Positions 1 to 16,334 of a stretch of DNA of 34,093 bases are shown piece after piece. Within the stretch, counting starts at the first letter, position 1; every line of letters starts with the position of its first letter. This stretch comes from Thermoanaerobaculia bacterium. GTDB taxonomy: Bacteria > Acidobacteriota > Thermoanaerobaculia > Gp7-AA8. The DNA lies in NCBI GenBank assembly GCA_035632455.1, contig DASQGS010000325.1, positions 1 to 34,093 of the forward strand. The letters are read 5' to 3'. The position numbers and the translations under genes are program-made. The notes under the pieces are model-generated. The model searched no databases. It was not told the origin of the DNA and worked only from the letters and a program-made list of their open reading frames with translations.

Positions 1-27
1 CCTCGCGGCCGCCCGAACTGTATGGGT

Positions 28-4257
<4,230 letters not shown>

Positions 4258-4314
4258 TTTACGCCTCCCTTTGTGGTAGGAGATCTATTGTTTGGCGATT
4301 GAGGTCCCTGCCGC

Positions 4315-8604
<4,290 letters not shown>

Positions 8605-8722
8605 TCGAATGACTCCTATGGCTTGTGTCTGATGCGATCGGCGCTGCGTGAGAGGCGGCGTCGGGAGCGACAAGAACTGCGGAGAGACCTCCGTCGTGCT
8701 TGAACGAACGGCACGGCTTGAA

Positions 8723-8747
8723 GATCCTTCGCTTCGCTCAGGACGGC
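8723..8747. repeat. Degenerate half-copy of the GTCATCC(T/C)GAGC...GAAGGATC palindromic element
   Basis: Reads gatccttcgcttcgctcaggacggc. Compare gatccttcgcc...gctcaggatgac at 21541-21590. Lies in the rpoB 5' leader. Confidence 0.4.
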
Positions 8748-8886
8748 ACCCTCACGATGGCGGATCGCGTGTAAGCGAGGCCCGCCGCAGGCGACGCGGC
8801 AGGAGGAATTCGCGGGGTTTCGAGCCAACTCGGAAAGGGCCACTCCCCCCCTTTCCTGACTCTGTCGATTCTGTGGGTTACGGCAC

Positions 8887-8988
8887 CAGAACCCAGAACG
8901 CAGAATGCTCAGCAACGAGAGGAAGGCGGCTTGCGGCGGCGCAAGCAGGGATCCATTCGGCACTCAGCATTCTGCATTCTGGGTTCTT
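8887..8988. repeat. Long palindromic element with tandem-heptamer arms (CAGAACC/CAGAACG/CAGAATG)
   Basis: Left arm cagaacccagaacgcagaatgctcagc (8887-8913) is the near-perfect reverse complement of the right arm ctcagcattctgcattctgggttctt (8963-8988). The roughly 50-nt centre contains agggatcc. Confidence 0.7.
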
Positions 8989-9009
8989 GCTCTGAATAAC
9001 AAAGGCGAA

Positions 9010-9036
9010 TTCCGGGCGGGTTGTTCCCGCCCGGAA
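9010..9036 (-). terminator. Intrinsic terminator/attenuator hairpin downstream of rplL
   Basis: Perfect 11-bp GC-rich stem ttccgggcggg / cccgcccggaa with a 5-nt loop, 17 nt after the rplL stop. On the minus strand it is followed by TTCGCCTTTGTTATT. E. coli has an attenuator at the same rplL-rpoB position. Confidence 0.5.
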
Positions 9037-9052
9037 CAAAACGAGGGGGCTG

Positions 9053-9433
9053 TTACTTGACCACGACCTTGGCGCCAGCTTCCTCGAAGGTTTTGACGAT
9101 CTTGGCTGCTTCGTCCTTCGACACGCCTTCCTTGATGGTCTGAGGCGCGCCCTCGACGAGGTCCTTCGCTTCCTTCAGGCCGAGGCTCGTGACCTCGCGG
9201 ACCGCCTTGATGACATTGATCTTCTTGTCGCCCACTTCCTGGAGGACGACCGCGAACTCGGTCTGCTCCTCGACCGCAGCGGCCACCGGAGCACCGCCCA
9301 CGGCAGCGACGGGTGCGGCAGCGACGGCCGCCGAGACCCCAAAGCGCTCTTCGAGAGCCTTGACGAGGTTCGCGAGATCCAGGACCGACATCGACTCGAT
9401 CTGTTTGACGAAATCTTCGGTTGCAATTGCCAT
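9053..9433 (-). CDS. rplL: 50S ribosomal protein L7/L12 (126 aa)
   Basis: [28 protein letters not shown] signature. Start at ATG 9433 (MAIATEDF) with GGAGG 5 nt upstream. The track ORF starts at an upstream TTG. Confidence 0.95.
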   Translation of the reverse strand: MAIATEDFVKQIESMSVLDLANLVKALEERFGVSAAVAAAPVAAVGGAPVAAAVEEQTEFAVVLQEVGDKKINVIKAVREVTSLGLKEAKDLVEGAPQTIKEGVSKDEAAKIVKTFEEAGAKVVVK

Positions 9434-9504
9434 TTCAGCCTCCAATAAGAATTAAGCGTTCAATCTTCCGCGGCGGCCGTCGAGACCGCCTGATCTGTAA
9501 TCGT

Positions 9505-10059
9505 TCATTCGGCCGCCGGAGCAGGCTCCGGAGCGGCTTCCTCGCTGCCACGCTTCTTCGCGATCTCGCTCAGCAGCACCGCCAGATTGCGGATGTTGCC
9601 CTGCAGGACTGTGACCAGCCCGCGGATCGGATGCTGCATCAGATACAGCAGCTTGGCGATCAGCTCATTGCGCGATGGCAGGTTGGCGATGGCCTGGATC
9701 TCGGTCGCTGCAACTACTTGCCCGCCCAGCATGGCGCCCTTGAACGTGAGGCTCGGGACATCCTTGGCGAACTTGGTCAACGCCTTGGCCAGGGCCACGG
9801 CGTCGGTGGTGTTGTACGCGACCGCCGTCGGACCGGAGAACTGATCGCGCATGGCGATCATCGGCGAGTCCTTGATGGCGATCAGAGCCAGTGTGTTCTT
9901 GACGACCAGGTAGCTCGACTTCGTCTCGCGAACCTGCCTCCGCAACTCGGTGACCTGAGGGACGGTGATGCCCTTGAAGCCGATCAGGAAAGCGTTGGTG
10001 GCCTTGCCGATCTCCGCTTCGAGCTCCTGGATCGCTTGTGCTTTTTCTTCGCGATTCAT
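9505..10059 (-). CDS. rplJ: 50S ribosomal protein L10 (184 aa)
   Basis: Protein starts MNREEKAQAIQELEAEIGKATNAFLIGFKGITVPQVTELRRQVRE. Sits between rplA and rplL. Confidence 0.95.
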   Translation of the reverse strand: MNREEKAQAIQELEAEIGKATNAFLIGFKGITVPQVTELRRQVRETKSSYLVVKNTLALIAIKDSPMIAMRDQFSGPTAVAYNTTDAVALAKALTKFAKDVPSLTFKGAMLGGQVVAATEIQAIANLPSRNELIAKLLYLMQHPIRGLVTVLQGNIRNLAVLLSEIAKKRGSEEAAPEPAPAAE

Positions 10060-10069
10060 TGCTCCCTCC

Positions 10070-10771
10070 TCACTCGGCCTTCGCCTCGGCCAGGGCCGAG
10101 TCGAGTTGAATCGACGGGCTCATGGTCGATGAGACGTAGATGGTTCGAACGTACTTCCCCTTCGCCGCGGGCGGCTTGGCCTTGCGCACCGCGGTGATGA
10201 CCGATGCGGTGTTGTCGCGAAGCTGCTCCGGGGAGAAAGAGATCTTGCCGACCGGAACGTGGATGATCGACGTCTTGTCGACGCGGAACTCCACTTTGCC
10301 GGCCTTGATCTCGGAAAGCGCCTTGGCGACGTCAAACGTGACGGTGCCGGTCTTTGGATTCGGCATCAGCCCGCGGGGACCGAGGACTTTGCCGAGCTTG
10401 CCGACCGACCGCATCATGTCGGGAGTCGCGATGACGGCGTCGAAATCGACCCAGCCACCCTGGATCTTCTCGACGACCTCGTCTCCGCCGACGAAGTCCG
10501 CGCCCGCTTCCTGCGCTTCCTTCTGTTTCTCGCCGCCGGCGATGACGAGCACGCGTTTGGTCTGGCCCGTGCCGTGCGGGAGCACGGTCGTACCGCGGAC
10601 CATCTGATCGGCGTGCTTCGGGTCGACACCGAGAAGCATCGAGATCTCGACCGTCTCATTGAACTTGGCGTAGGCGATCTGCTTGAGCAGCTTGAAGGCC
10701 TCGTCGAGTTGATACGGTCGGTTCTCCACCTTCTCGGCCGCTGCACGATACTTCTTGCCGTGTTTGGCCAT
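10070..10771 (-). CDS. rplA: 50S ribosomal protein L1 (233 aa)
   Basis: Protein starts [15 protein letters not shown] and contains [17 protein letters not shown]. Conserved rplK-rplA order. Confidence 0.95.
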   Translation of the reverse strand: MAKHGKKYRAAAEKVENRPYQLDEAFKLLKQIAYAKFNETVEISMLLGVDPKHADQMVRGTTVLPHGTGQTKRVLVIAGGEKQKEAQEAGADFVGGDEVVEKIQGGWVDFDAVIATPDMMRSVGKLGKVLGPRGLMPNPKTGTVTFDVAKALSEIKAGKVEFRVDKTSIIHVPVGKISFSPEQLRDNTASVITAVRKAKPPAAKGKYVRTIYVSSTMSPSIQLDSALAEAKAE

Positions 10772-10868
10772 TTCACCTCCGTAGTGCAGACGACGGGCGA
10801 GCCCGTCTCCTACGTCGTTGTGGGAACTGCACGGCCCGGCGACGCGCCGGACCGGTTTACAACAGCGT

Positions 10869-10913
10869 GCAGAATGCAGAGGGCTGACGCTCGTTCAACG
10901 CTCTGCATTCTGC
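10869..10913. repeat. Hairpin repeat sharing the GCAGAATGCAGA motif with the 8887-8988 element
   Basis: gcagaatgcagag (10869-10881) pairs perfectly with ctctgcattctgc (10901-10913). 19-nt loop. Lies in the 161-nt rplK-rplA spacer. Confidence 0.6.
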
Positions 10914-10932
10914 GTCTCGTCTTGCTTTCCGA

Positions 10933-11355
10933 CTACTCGACCTCGAGGCCCATGGAGCGGGCCGTTCCTTCGACCGTGCGCGTGGCCGCCTCGAGCGACG
11001 CGGCGTTGAGATCCGGCATCTTCGTACGGGCGATCTCTTCGACCTGCTTGCGCGTAACCTTCCCCACCTTGGTCTTGTTCGGAACGCCCGAGCCCTTCTG
11101 GATGCCCGCGGCTTTGAGCAAAAGGATCGAAGCCGGCGGGGTCTTGGTGATGAAAGTGAAGGAGCGGTCCGAGAACACGGTGATGACCACCGGGATGATC
11201 AGCCCGGCCTGGGACTGAGTCCTGGCGTTGAACGTCTTGCAGAACTCCATGATGTTCACGCCGTGCTGGCCCAGGGCCGGGCCGACCGGTGGAGCGGGAG
11301 TGGCCTGGCCGGCGGGAATCTGGAGCTTGATATATCCGGTGATCTTTTTTGCCAT
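10933..11355 (-). CDS. rplK: 50S ribosomal protein L11 (140 aa)
   Basis: Contains [23 protein letters not shown]. Full-length ORF. Confidence 0.96.
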   Translation of the reverse strand: MAKKITGYIKLQIPAGQATPAPPVGPALGQHGVNIMEFCKTFNARTQSQAGLIIPVVITVFSDRSFTFITKTPPASILLLKAAGIQKGSGVPNKTKVGKVTRKQVEEIARTKMPDLNAASLEAATRTVEGTARSMGLEVE

Positions 11356-11451
11356 GATTACGTTCCTGGTTATCCGTGTTCTTTTATATCGCTAAGAATC
11401 AAGAACGTCTTTCGTATTCGAATGCCGCTCTTAATCCTTCATCTTTAACCG

Positions 11452-12036
11452 CTATCGTTTCGTGGCCGTTCCGCCCTGCTGCTCCTCGCTCGGGTCGAAC
11501 CGCGTGACCTGCAGGAAGTCGAGCTCGACCGGCGTGGAGCGGCCGAAGCTCGTGACCATGACCTTCAGGGTGTTGCGGTCGAGGTTGACTTCCTCCACCA
11601 CGCCGGTGAAGTTCGTGAACGGCCCGTCGATGATGCGGACGTGCTCGCCGTGCTCGTAGACGTGTTTCGGCTTCGGCTTTTCCTTGGTCGATACGACCTG
11701 GTGCAGGATCGAATCGACCTCTTCCTGAGTCAAGGGCGTCGGTTTCTTGCCGGTGCCGACGAAGCCCGTGACCTTCGGCGTGTTCTTGACCAGGTGCCAG
11801 GCGTCATCCGACATCTCCATCTCCAGGAGGATGTAGCCCGGAAAGAACTTGCGCTGGACCTCGCGCTTCTTGCCCGACCTCATCTCCACGAGCGTCTCGG
11901 TCGGAATCTTGATGTCGCCGAACTTCGGGCGCATACCGAGGGCTTCGATGCGCTGCTGGAGGTTCTCCTTCACCCGCTCCTCGAAACCGGAGTAGGTGTG
12001 AACGATGAACCACTGCTTCTGGGCGAGCTCAGGCAT
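11452..12036 (-). CDS. nusG: Transcription termination/antitermination factor NusG (194 aa)
   Basis: NGN start [20 protein letters not shown] and KOW segment [24 protein letters not shown] 12036 lies 1 nt after the secE stop. The upstream extension in the track overlaps secE. Confidence 0.93.
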   Translation of the reverse strand: MPELAQKQWFIVHTYSGFEERVKENLQQRIEALGMRPKFGDIKIPTETLVEMRSGKKREVQRKFFPGYILLEMEMSDDAWHLVKNTPKVTGFVGTGKKPTPLTQEEVDSILHQVVSTKEKPKPKHVYEHGEHVRIIDGPFTNFTGVVEEVNLDRNTLKVMVTSFGRSTPVELDFLQVTRFDPSEEQQGGTATKR

Positions 12037-12037
12037 G

Positions 12038-12277
12038 TCAGGTACTGGCTCCGAACCGCGTGAAGAGGAAGTCGATTGCTTTGTAGAAGACGACGTCGGC
12101 GCCCCAGAGGTACACCGCAAAAATGATCGTGGCCACGAGCACCACCGCGGTGGTGCCGATGACCTCCTGGCGGTTCGGCCAAGTGACCTTCTTCATCTCC
12201 GCGACCGTGTCGCGAACGAAGTCGCGGGTGGTCGTCATCCACAGCTTCGGTCTTGCTACCAGGGCGTTCTCTTCCAT
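12038..12277 (-). CDS. secE: Preprotein translocase subunit SecE (79 aa)
   Basis: Contains [33 protein letters not shown] (one TM). Start at ATG 12277 with GGAG 5 nt upstream. The longer track ORF would overlap tRNA-Trp. Confidence 0.85.
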   Translation of the reverse strand: MEENALVARPKLWMTTTRDFVRDTVAEMKKVTWPNRQEVIGTTAVVLVATIIFAVYLWGADVVFYKAIDFLFTRFGAST

Positions 12278-12325
12278 TTCCACTCCGCGAAAAAACTGAC
12301 TATCTCCAGACGTCGGCGATCTCTT

Positions 12326-12401
<76 letters not shown>

Positions 12402-12501
12402 GGACTGATGCTTCGGGCTCCTGTAGGCTCGGCCGCTCCGCAAAAGAGCAGCCCGGCGGGCCGCAACTGCATGACAAAGCGCGGCTTCGCCCTGTTATTC
12501 C

Positions 12502-12663
12502 CTACTTCGACTCGCGGTGCACCGTGTGCTTGCGATCATGACGGCAGAACTTGCTCAGCTCGAGCTTCTCCGTCATGGTCTTCTTGTTCTTGGTCGTCGA
12601 GTAATTCCGACGCTTGCACTCGGTGCACTGCAGCGTGATGATCTCTCTTCCGGCGCGTGCCAT
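12502..12663 (-). CDS. rpmG: 50S ribosomal protein L33 (53 aa; below the ORF-track size cutoff)
   Basis: Hand translation gives [58 protein letters not shown] lies 7 nt upstream of the ATG. This is the conserved position upstream of tRNA-Trp and secE. Confidence 0.9.
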   Translation of the reverse strand: MARAGREIITLQCTECKRRNYSTTKNKKTMTEKLELSKFCRHDRKHTVHRESK

Positions 12664-12698
12664 TGTTGTCTCCCTATCTCGGGAAATCGGCTAGACGA

Positions 12699-12778
12699 GA
12701 ATTGAAAATTGAAAATTGAAAATTGAAAGAGGGAGCGTCCCGGCTTCTTTCAATTTTCAATTCTCAATTTTCAATTTC
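12699..12778. repeat. AT-rich palindrome built from tandem AATTGAA heptamers
   Basis: Left arm is gaattgaaaattgaaaattgaaaattgaaaga. The centre is 15 nt (gggagcgtcccggct). The right arm is tctttcaattttcaattctcaattttcaatttc. Lies between tRNA-Thr(GGT) and rpmG. Confidence 0.8.
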
Positions 12779-12816
12779 CCGCCAGATCTTCCAGACTTCC
12801 CGTGTCGATGTCCAAC

Positions 12817-12891
12817 TGGAGCCCTCGACGAGATTTGAACTCGTGACCCCGTCCTTACCAAGGACGTGCTCTACCCCTGAGCTACGAGGGC
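12817..12891 (-). tRNA. tRNA-Thr (anticodon GGT)
   Basis: Minus strand reads GCCCTCGTAGCTCAGGGGTAGAGCACGTCCTTGGTAAGGACGGGGTCACGAGTTCAAATCTCGTCGAGGGCTCCA. Cloverleaf is readable and the anticodon loop is TTGGTAA. Confidence 0.9.
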
Positions 12892-13007
12892 CTTCTTAAA
12901 GGCAGCAGTCAGAAATGAATCCTGCCTTGCCTGACTTTCAACGATCCCGAGGACGGACGCTTCGCGCTGCCTCATTTCTGCCTTCTGCTTTCTACCTTCT
13001 TGCCTCT

Positions 13008-13082
13008 TGGAGCGGGAGACGGGATTCGAACCCGCGACCAACAGCTTGGAAGGCTGTGACTCTACCCCTGAGTTACTCCCGC
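13008..13082 (-). tRNA. tRNA-Gly (anticodon TCC)
   Basis: Minus strand reads GCGGGAGTAACTCAGGGGTAGAGTCACAGCCTTCCAAGCTGTTGGTCGCGGGTTCGAATCCCGTCTCCCGCTCCA. Anticodon stem ACAGC/GCTGT, loop CTTCCAA. Confidence 0.9.
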
Positions 13083-13086
13083 CCAG

Positions 13087-13144
13087 AAAGGCAGAAGGTA
13101 GAAAGCAGAGGTCGCTACCCCTTCTGCCTTCTGCCTTCTGCTTT
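13087..13144. repeat. Hairpin of tandem GCAGAAG-type heptamers between tRNA-Tyr and tRNA-Gly
   Basis: aaaggcagaaggtagaaagcagagg (13087-13111) faces ccttctgccttctgccttctgcttt (13120-13144). The same heptamer family recurs at 12968-13006 on the other side of tRNA-Gly. Confidence 0.7.
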
Positions 13145-13147
13145 ACG

Positions 13148-13234
13148 TGGTGGAGAGAGGAGGATTCGAACCTCCGTAGGGCGTGGCCCGGCAGATTTAC
13201 AGTCTGCTGCTTTTAACCGCTCAGCCATCTCTCC
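13148..13234 (-). tRNA. tRNA-Tyr (anticodon GTA, long variable arm)
   Basis: Minus strand reads GGAGAGATGGCTGAGCGGTTAAAAGCAGCAGACTGTAAATCTGCCGGGCCACGCCCTACGGAGGTTCGAATCCTCCTCTCTCCACCA. Confidence 0.9.
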
Positions 13235-13316
13235 ATCGAAGGCCTCAATGCGATGCCGCCGCGACCCTGAGAATGGCAGGAGCGAGTCCCGCCAGACGCT
13301 CGGCCGCGAGCGCCAC

Positions 13317-13392
13317 TGGAGCTGGCGACGGGACTCGAACCCGCGACCTGCTGATTACAAATCAGCTGCTCTACCAACTGAGCTATGCCAGC
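13317..13392 (-). tRNA. tRNA-Thr (anticodon TGT)
   Basis: Minus strand reads GCTGGCATAGCTCAGTTGGTAGAGCAGCTGATTTGTAATCAGCAGGTCGCGGGTTCGAGTCCCGTCGCCAGCTCCA. There is one A-C mismatch at the base of the acceptor stem. Confidence 0.88.
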
Positions 13393-13482
13393 GCCGAAAC
13401 TTCTGATTTCAAAGACACAATCAGCCGCGCACCAACCGAACGGAGGAACAGCAAGACGGCGGCAGCGGCCGAGGAACTGCGG

Positions 13483-13511
13483 GTTATAACAGAGAGCAAA
13501 ACGGAACGCAA
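13483..13511 (-). promoter_or_regulatory. Candidate sigma70-type promoter for the tRNA/rpmG operon
   Basis: Minus strand reads TTGCGT (13511-13506), a 17-nt spacer, then TATAAC (13488-13483). It lies about 90 nt upstream of tRNA-Thr(TGT) and just after the rlmB stop. Confidence 0.4.
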
Positions 13512-13522
13512 CTGCGATTATT

Positions 13523-14233
13523 TCAGGGATTCTGCCTCCGCACTTCGTAGCAGAGCACGGCCGCGGCGGTGGCGACGTTGAGCGACTCGAGGCGCCCGCG
13601 CATCGGGATCGTGACCGTGCAGTCGCAGTGCTCGAGCACGTTTCGCCGAATGCCTTTCCCTTCGCTGCCCAACACAATGGCAACTTTACCCTTGAAATCG
13701 ATCTCATGAGGACGGCCGCCGCCGATAGCCGCGGCGTAGACCCAGTAGTCAAGTTCCTTCAGGCGCTCGATCGTTCGGGCGAGATTCGTGACCTGCGCGA
13801 CCGGCACCCACTCGGATGCTCCGGCTGATGCCTTCACTGCCGCCGGCGTCAGTCCGACGCTGTCGTGCTGCGGGATCACGACGATGTCGACGCCGAACCC
13901 TTCAGCGACGCGGAGGATTGCCCCGAGGTTCTGTGGATCGGTGATCCCATCGAGGATGAGAACGAAATGGATGGCTTCGCGCTCGATGACCTCATCGAAG
14001 TCCGCATAGCCGCTCTCGGACACCTCGGCGACGATTCCGTTGTGCACGCCGCGCCCTGCAAGCCGATCGACCTGCTCGGGGCTCAACGTCCGAACGGCAA
14101 CACCGGCCCGCTTCGCCTCGTCGATCGTCCGCCGCAGCTTTCCGCCATGTTCGCGCGATACCGCGATGTACCGCACCCGATCGGCGTGAGCGCGGATGGC
14201 CTCCAGCACGGGGTTGAGTCCGTAGATGATCAT
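13523..14233 (-). CDS. rlmB: SpoU/TrmH-family 23S rRNA 2'-O-ribose methyltransferase (RlmB-like, 236 aa)
   Basis: Start MIIYGLNPVLEAIRA. Contains LILDGITDPQNLGAILRVAEGFGVD, VAIVLGSEGKGIR and SLNVATAAAVLCYE. A TrmH-family gene upstream of rpmG/secE/nusG is also seen in Bacillus (yacO). Confidence 0.85.
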   Translation of the reverse strand: MIIYGLNPVLEAIRAHADRVRYIAVSREHGGKLRRTIDEAKRAGVAVRTLSPEQVDRLAGRGVHNGIVAEVSESGYADFDEVIEREAIHFVLILDGITDPQNLGAILRVAEGFGVDIVVIPQHDSVGLTPAAVKASAGASEWVPVAQVTNLARTIERLKELDYWVYAAAIGGGRPHEIDFKGKVAIVLGSEGKGIRRNVLEHCDCTVTIPMRGRLESLNVATAAAVLCYEVRRQNP

Positions 14234-14254
14234 CGCGGAGAGTGTAGGTGAAAC

Positions 14255-15079
14255 CTACGTCTGGATGAACGGGCACGAGGCCGGAATGCCGCGCTGAATC
14301 TGATCCTTCTGCGCGTCGCACTGCGCGGGTGCCTCCCCGATGCGGCACGGCCCCGGGACGCCGTCGATCCAGGCCAGGTCGCCGAGGATCTGGATCGTTC
14401 CGGCAGCGACATGCTCGATCGCCTTCGCCGCGAGCCGGCCCCATGCGTCGCGGATCATCCAGTCGCGATGGGCCCGGGCGTAGGTATCGAGCATGTCCGC
14501 GGCACCCCATGCGTAGGCATCCTTTGCCAGCGGCGCCACCGGATATGGGCCGGTCATCAGAAGCACCGGTCCCTTGCCGATGTCGCGCGTCGCGAGGTAA
14601 ACCGAGCTGCGTGTCTCCGGCTCTCCGGCGAAAAGGGCATCGTGCACGGCGCGTCTTCCCACAAATCGACGACCACCGTCGCCATCCTTGAGAGTAAGGT
14701 CGGCGTCGTGTAACGCCAGGATCCGCTCGGGGAACATCGACAGCATCGGGGCGGTCAGTATCCAGTTCCAACCGAGAAGAACGACCGTATCGACTTCGAA
14801 GGGGCTGAGCATCCCGGCAAGCTCGGCGTCGTACTCGGCTCGGGCGTTCAGGTTGCATAGCGGCAAGTTTCGCTCGCGATGGAAGTGCCGAATGGGGTGG
14901 ATCAGCACCGGTATTCGGTGCGCGTCGAGCCGGCCGCTCTCGACAAGCTCCGGCTCGCTGCTAAGGACGCACGAGAGCTCGTAGAGTTGGCCTCGGTTCG
15001 GGTCCTGAAGGAGGGTCTCGAGTCCGGGCAATCGGCCCGACCCGAGGATGGCGACTCGCAACGGTTGGAAGGTGCTCAT
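14255..15079 (-). CDS. Formyltransferase-fold protein (PurN/Fmt-like, 274 aa), non-canonical active-site motif
   Basis: N-terminus RVAILGSGR. Central block ILALHDADL...GRRAVHDALFAGEPETRSSVYLATRDIGKGPVLL lines up with the N-x-H-x-S-L-L-P...G...A...G of formyltransferases, but with Ala where the Asn is expected. This alignment was done by eye. Confidence 0.65.
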   Translation of the reverse strand: MSTFQPLRVAILGSGRLPGLETLLQDPNRGQLYELSCVLSSEPELVESGRLDAHRIPVLIHPIRHFHRERNLPLCNLNARAEYDAELAGMLSPFEVDTVVLLGWNWILTAPMLSMFPERILALHDADLTLKDGDGGRRFVGRRAVHDALFAGEPETRSSVYLATRDIGKGPVLLMTGPYPVAPLAKDAYAWGAADMLDTYARAHRDWMIRDAWGRLAAKAIEHVAAGTIQILGDLAWIDGVPGPCRIGEAPAQCDAQKDQIQRGIPASCPFIQT

Positions 15080-15221
15080 CAGTCGTCAGCGGTGCGGGTG
15101 AGGCATCTGGCGCTCTCCCTGGCAAGAAGAACATCCCGGCGCAGGCGGCTGCAGCGTGGAAGGAACGTGGAGGAGCATGCGCATTGGCCGTCCGCGCCGG
15201 GAATGGTTGATTGTCGTTGGC

Positions 15222-15521
15222 TTACGGCACTCCGACCGGCTCGTCGATCTCCTCGGAACGCTCGAGCTCGTCGACGATATCGGTCGCCAGCGGATCCTCC
15301 CCTGCTTCACTCAGGAGAACTTCGTAGAGAGCGAGTGTTTCCGCCACGTCGGCATCAGTGATCCGGCGAATCGCGTAACCGACATGATTCAGGATGTAGT
15401 CGCCGGGCGCGACCGGCTCTTCGAGGATGTCGAGCTTGACGTCCTTGCGGAGGCCCCAGAAATCGACGAGCGCGGTCTTGCCGTCCACCGCCAAAACCTT
15501 GCCCGGAACGCCGAGACACAT
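15222..15521 (-). CDS. hypC: HypC/HybG/HupF-family hydrogenase maturation chaperone (99 aa)
   Basis: Family-defining start MCLGVPGKVLAVDGKTALVDFWG, then GDYILNHVGYAI. GGAGGTG lies about 5 nt upstream of ATG 15521. The longer track ORF is an upstream extension. Confidence 0.85.
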   Translation of the reverse strand: MCLGVPGKVLAVDGKTALVDFWGLRKDVKLDILEEPVAPGDYILNHVGYAIRRITDADVAETLALYEVLLSEAGEDPLATDIVDELERSEEIDEPVGVP

Positions 15522-15776
15522 GGTCCACCTCCGTCGCGCAACTGACGCTACGCCGCCACCCGATCCCCGCGGATGACGCCTCACACTCGGCCCGGTGACT
15601 CGGATCACGTCACTGCTGCATTCCCAGCGGCACGAGATGCGGGCGACGCTGCTGTATCCATCACAGATCGCGTTGACACCGGTCAACGGTGGAGGTGGAG
15701 CCGGCGTCTACGATGAAGTCCACACGTACGACCTGATCGCTTGCGTCCACCGTCGAATAGGGTCGAGGAGGGATCG

Positions 15777-16214
15777 ATGAAACGCGATGAGAAGATGCTG
15801 GCGTGGGAAGAGGCTCAAGTCACATCAAGGACTCCACCTGAAGGCGACGTGGACGTGGCGTCAGGCCGATATGAGCTGCGGCAACGGCTCCTCCTGAACA
15901 CCAGCACGAGTCCCTTGCTCGCCGGCGGAGACATCGACGCGCGATGGGAGGATGCCGAGACGAGCGGGGATGAGGCAGCGGGCGGAAGCGCCCCGACCCC
16001 TGATCAAAATGTGGTGGATGAGTACGGCGCAGCTCTCGGACTAACCTACAAGACCGACGAAGAGCTCCGCTTCGGCGACAAGGAGCACTCCCGCGACCAG
16101 CATCGCTGGGAGCTCGATCCCGCATCCGCCGAGGACTACATCGAGAGAGCGATCGAAGGACGGAGCAGTGCGAGCGTACGGCGGGGATTTCGCAGGGAAG
16201 GCAGTGAAAAGTGA
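15777..16214 (+). CDS. Small acidic conserved hypothetical protein (145 aa)
   Basis: Blocks GGDIDARWEDAE, TPDQNVVDEYGAALGLTY and HRWELDPASAEDYIER resemble, from memory, a recurrent family of uncharacterised small proteins. Start at ATG 15777 (MKRDEKM) is a guess. Confidence 0.55.
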   Translation: MKRDEKMLAWEEAQVTSRTPPEGDVDVASGRYELRQRLLLNTSTSPLLAGGDIDARWEDAETSGDEAAGGSAPTPDQNVVDEYGAALGLTYKTDEELRFGDKEHSRDQHRWELDPASAEDYIERAIEGRSSASVRRGFRREGSEK

Positions 16215-16333
16215 TCAGTGGTCAGTGGTCGGTGGTCGGTTGTCAGTGATCGGCAGTGATCAGTCCGTCATCCTGGTAGTTGCTGACCACTGACCACTGA
16301 ACCACTGATCACTGATTATCACTGCTCACTGCC
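16211..16333. repeat. Long palindrome of tandem AGTGATC/AGTGGTC heptamers filling a convergent gene gap
   Basis: Left arm gtgatcagtggtcagtggtcggtggtcggttgtcagtgatcggcagtgatcagt. Centre ccgtcatcctggtagtt. Right arm gctgaccactgaccactgaaccactgatcactgattatcactgctcactgcc. Confidence 0.8.
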
Positions 16334-16334
16334 T

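Noticed and set aside
8616-8995. 115-aa ORFs on both strands in the rplL-rpoB spacer
   Set aside because: They are generated by reading through the palindromic repeats (hence mirror-image ORFs on both strands). There is no SD and no protein-like composition.
11356-11451. AT-rich 96-nt nusG-rplK spacer examined for a sigma70 promoter or an L1-binding leader
   Set aside because: TTGATT and TATAAA are only 8 nt apart, and other -35/-10 pairings have poor hexamers. I cannot verify an L1 autoregulatory mimic by eye. It is probably regulatory, but no specific call is supportable.
12699-12778. Tandem heptamer/hexamer tracts (here, and at 30995-31057 and 31652-31703) considered as CRISPR arrays
   Set aside because: The units are 6-8 nt with no unique spacers between them, the tracts occur as inverted arms of hairpins, and no cas genes are present. 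This is not CRISPR.
12915-13752. ORFs 12915-13406 (+), 13183-13581 (+) and 13213-13752 (-) over the tRNA cluster
   Set aside because: They run straight through four clearly folded tRNA genes and their repeat spacers, so they are spurious. The 13213-13752 ORF also overlaps the rlmB 3' end in another frame.
13992-14858. 288-aa minus-strand ORF overlapping rlmB and the formyltransferase-like gene in other frames
   Set aside because: It is an Arg/Pro/Gly-rich alternative frame spanning two independently supported genes and their 22-nt spacer, so it is not credible.
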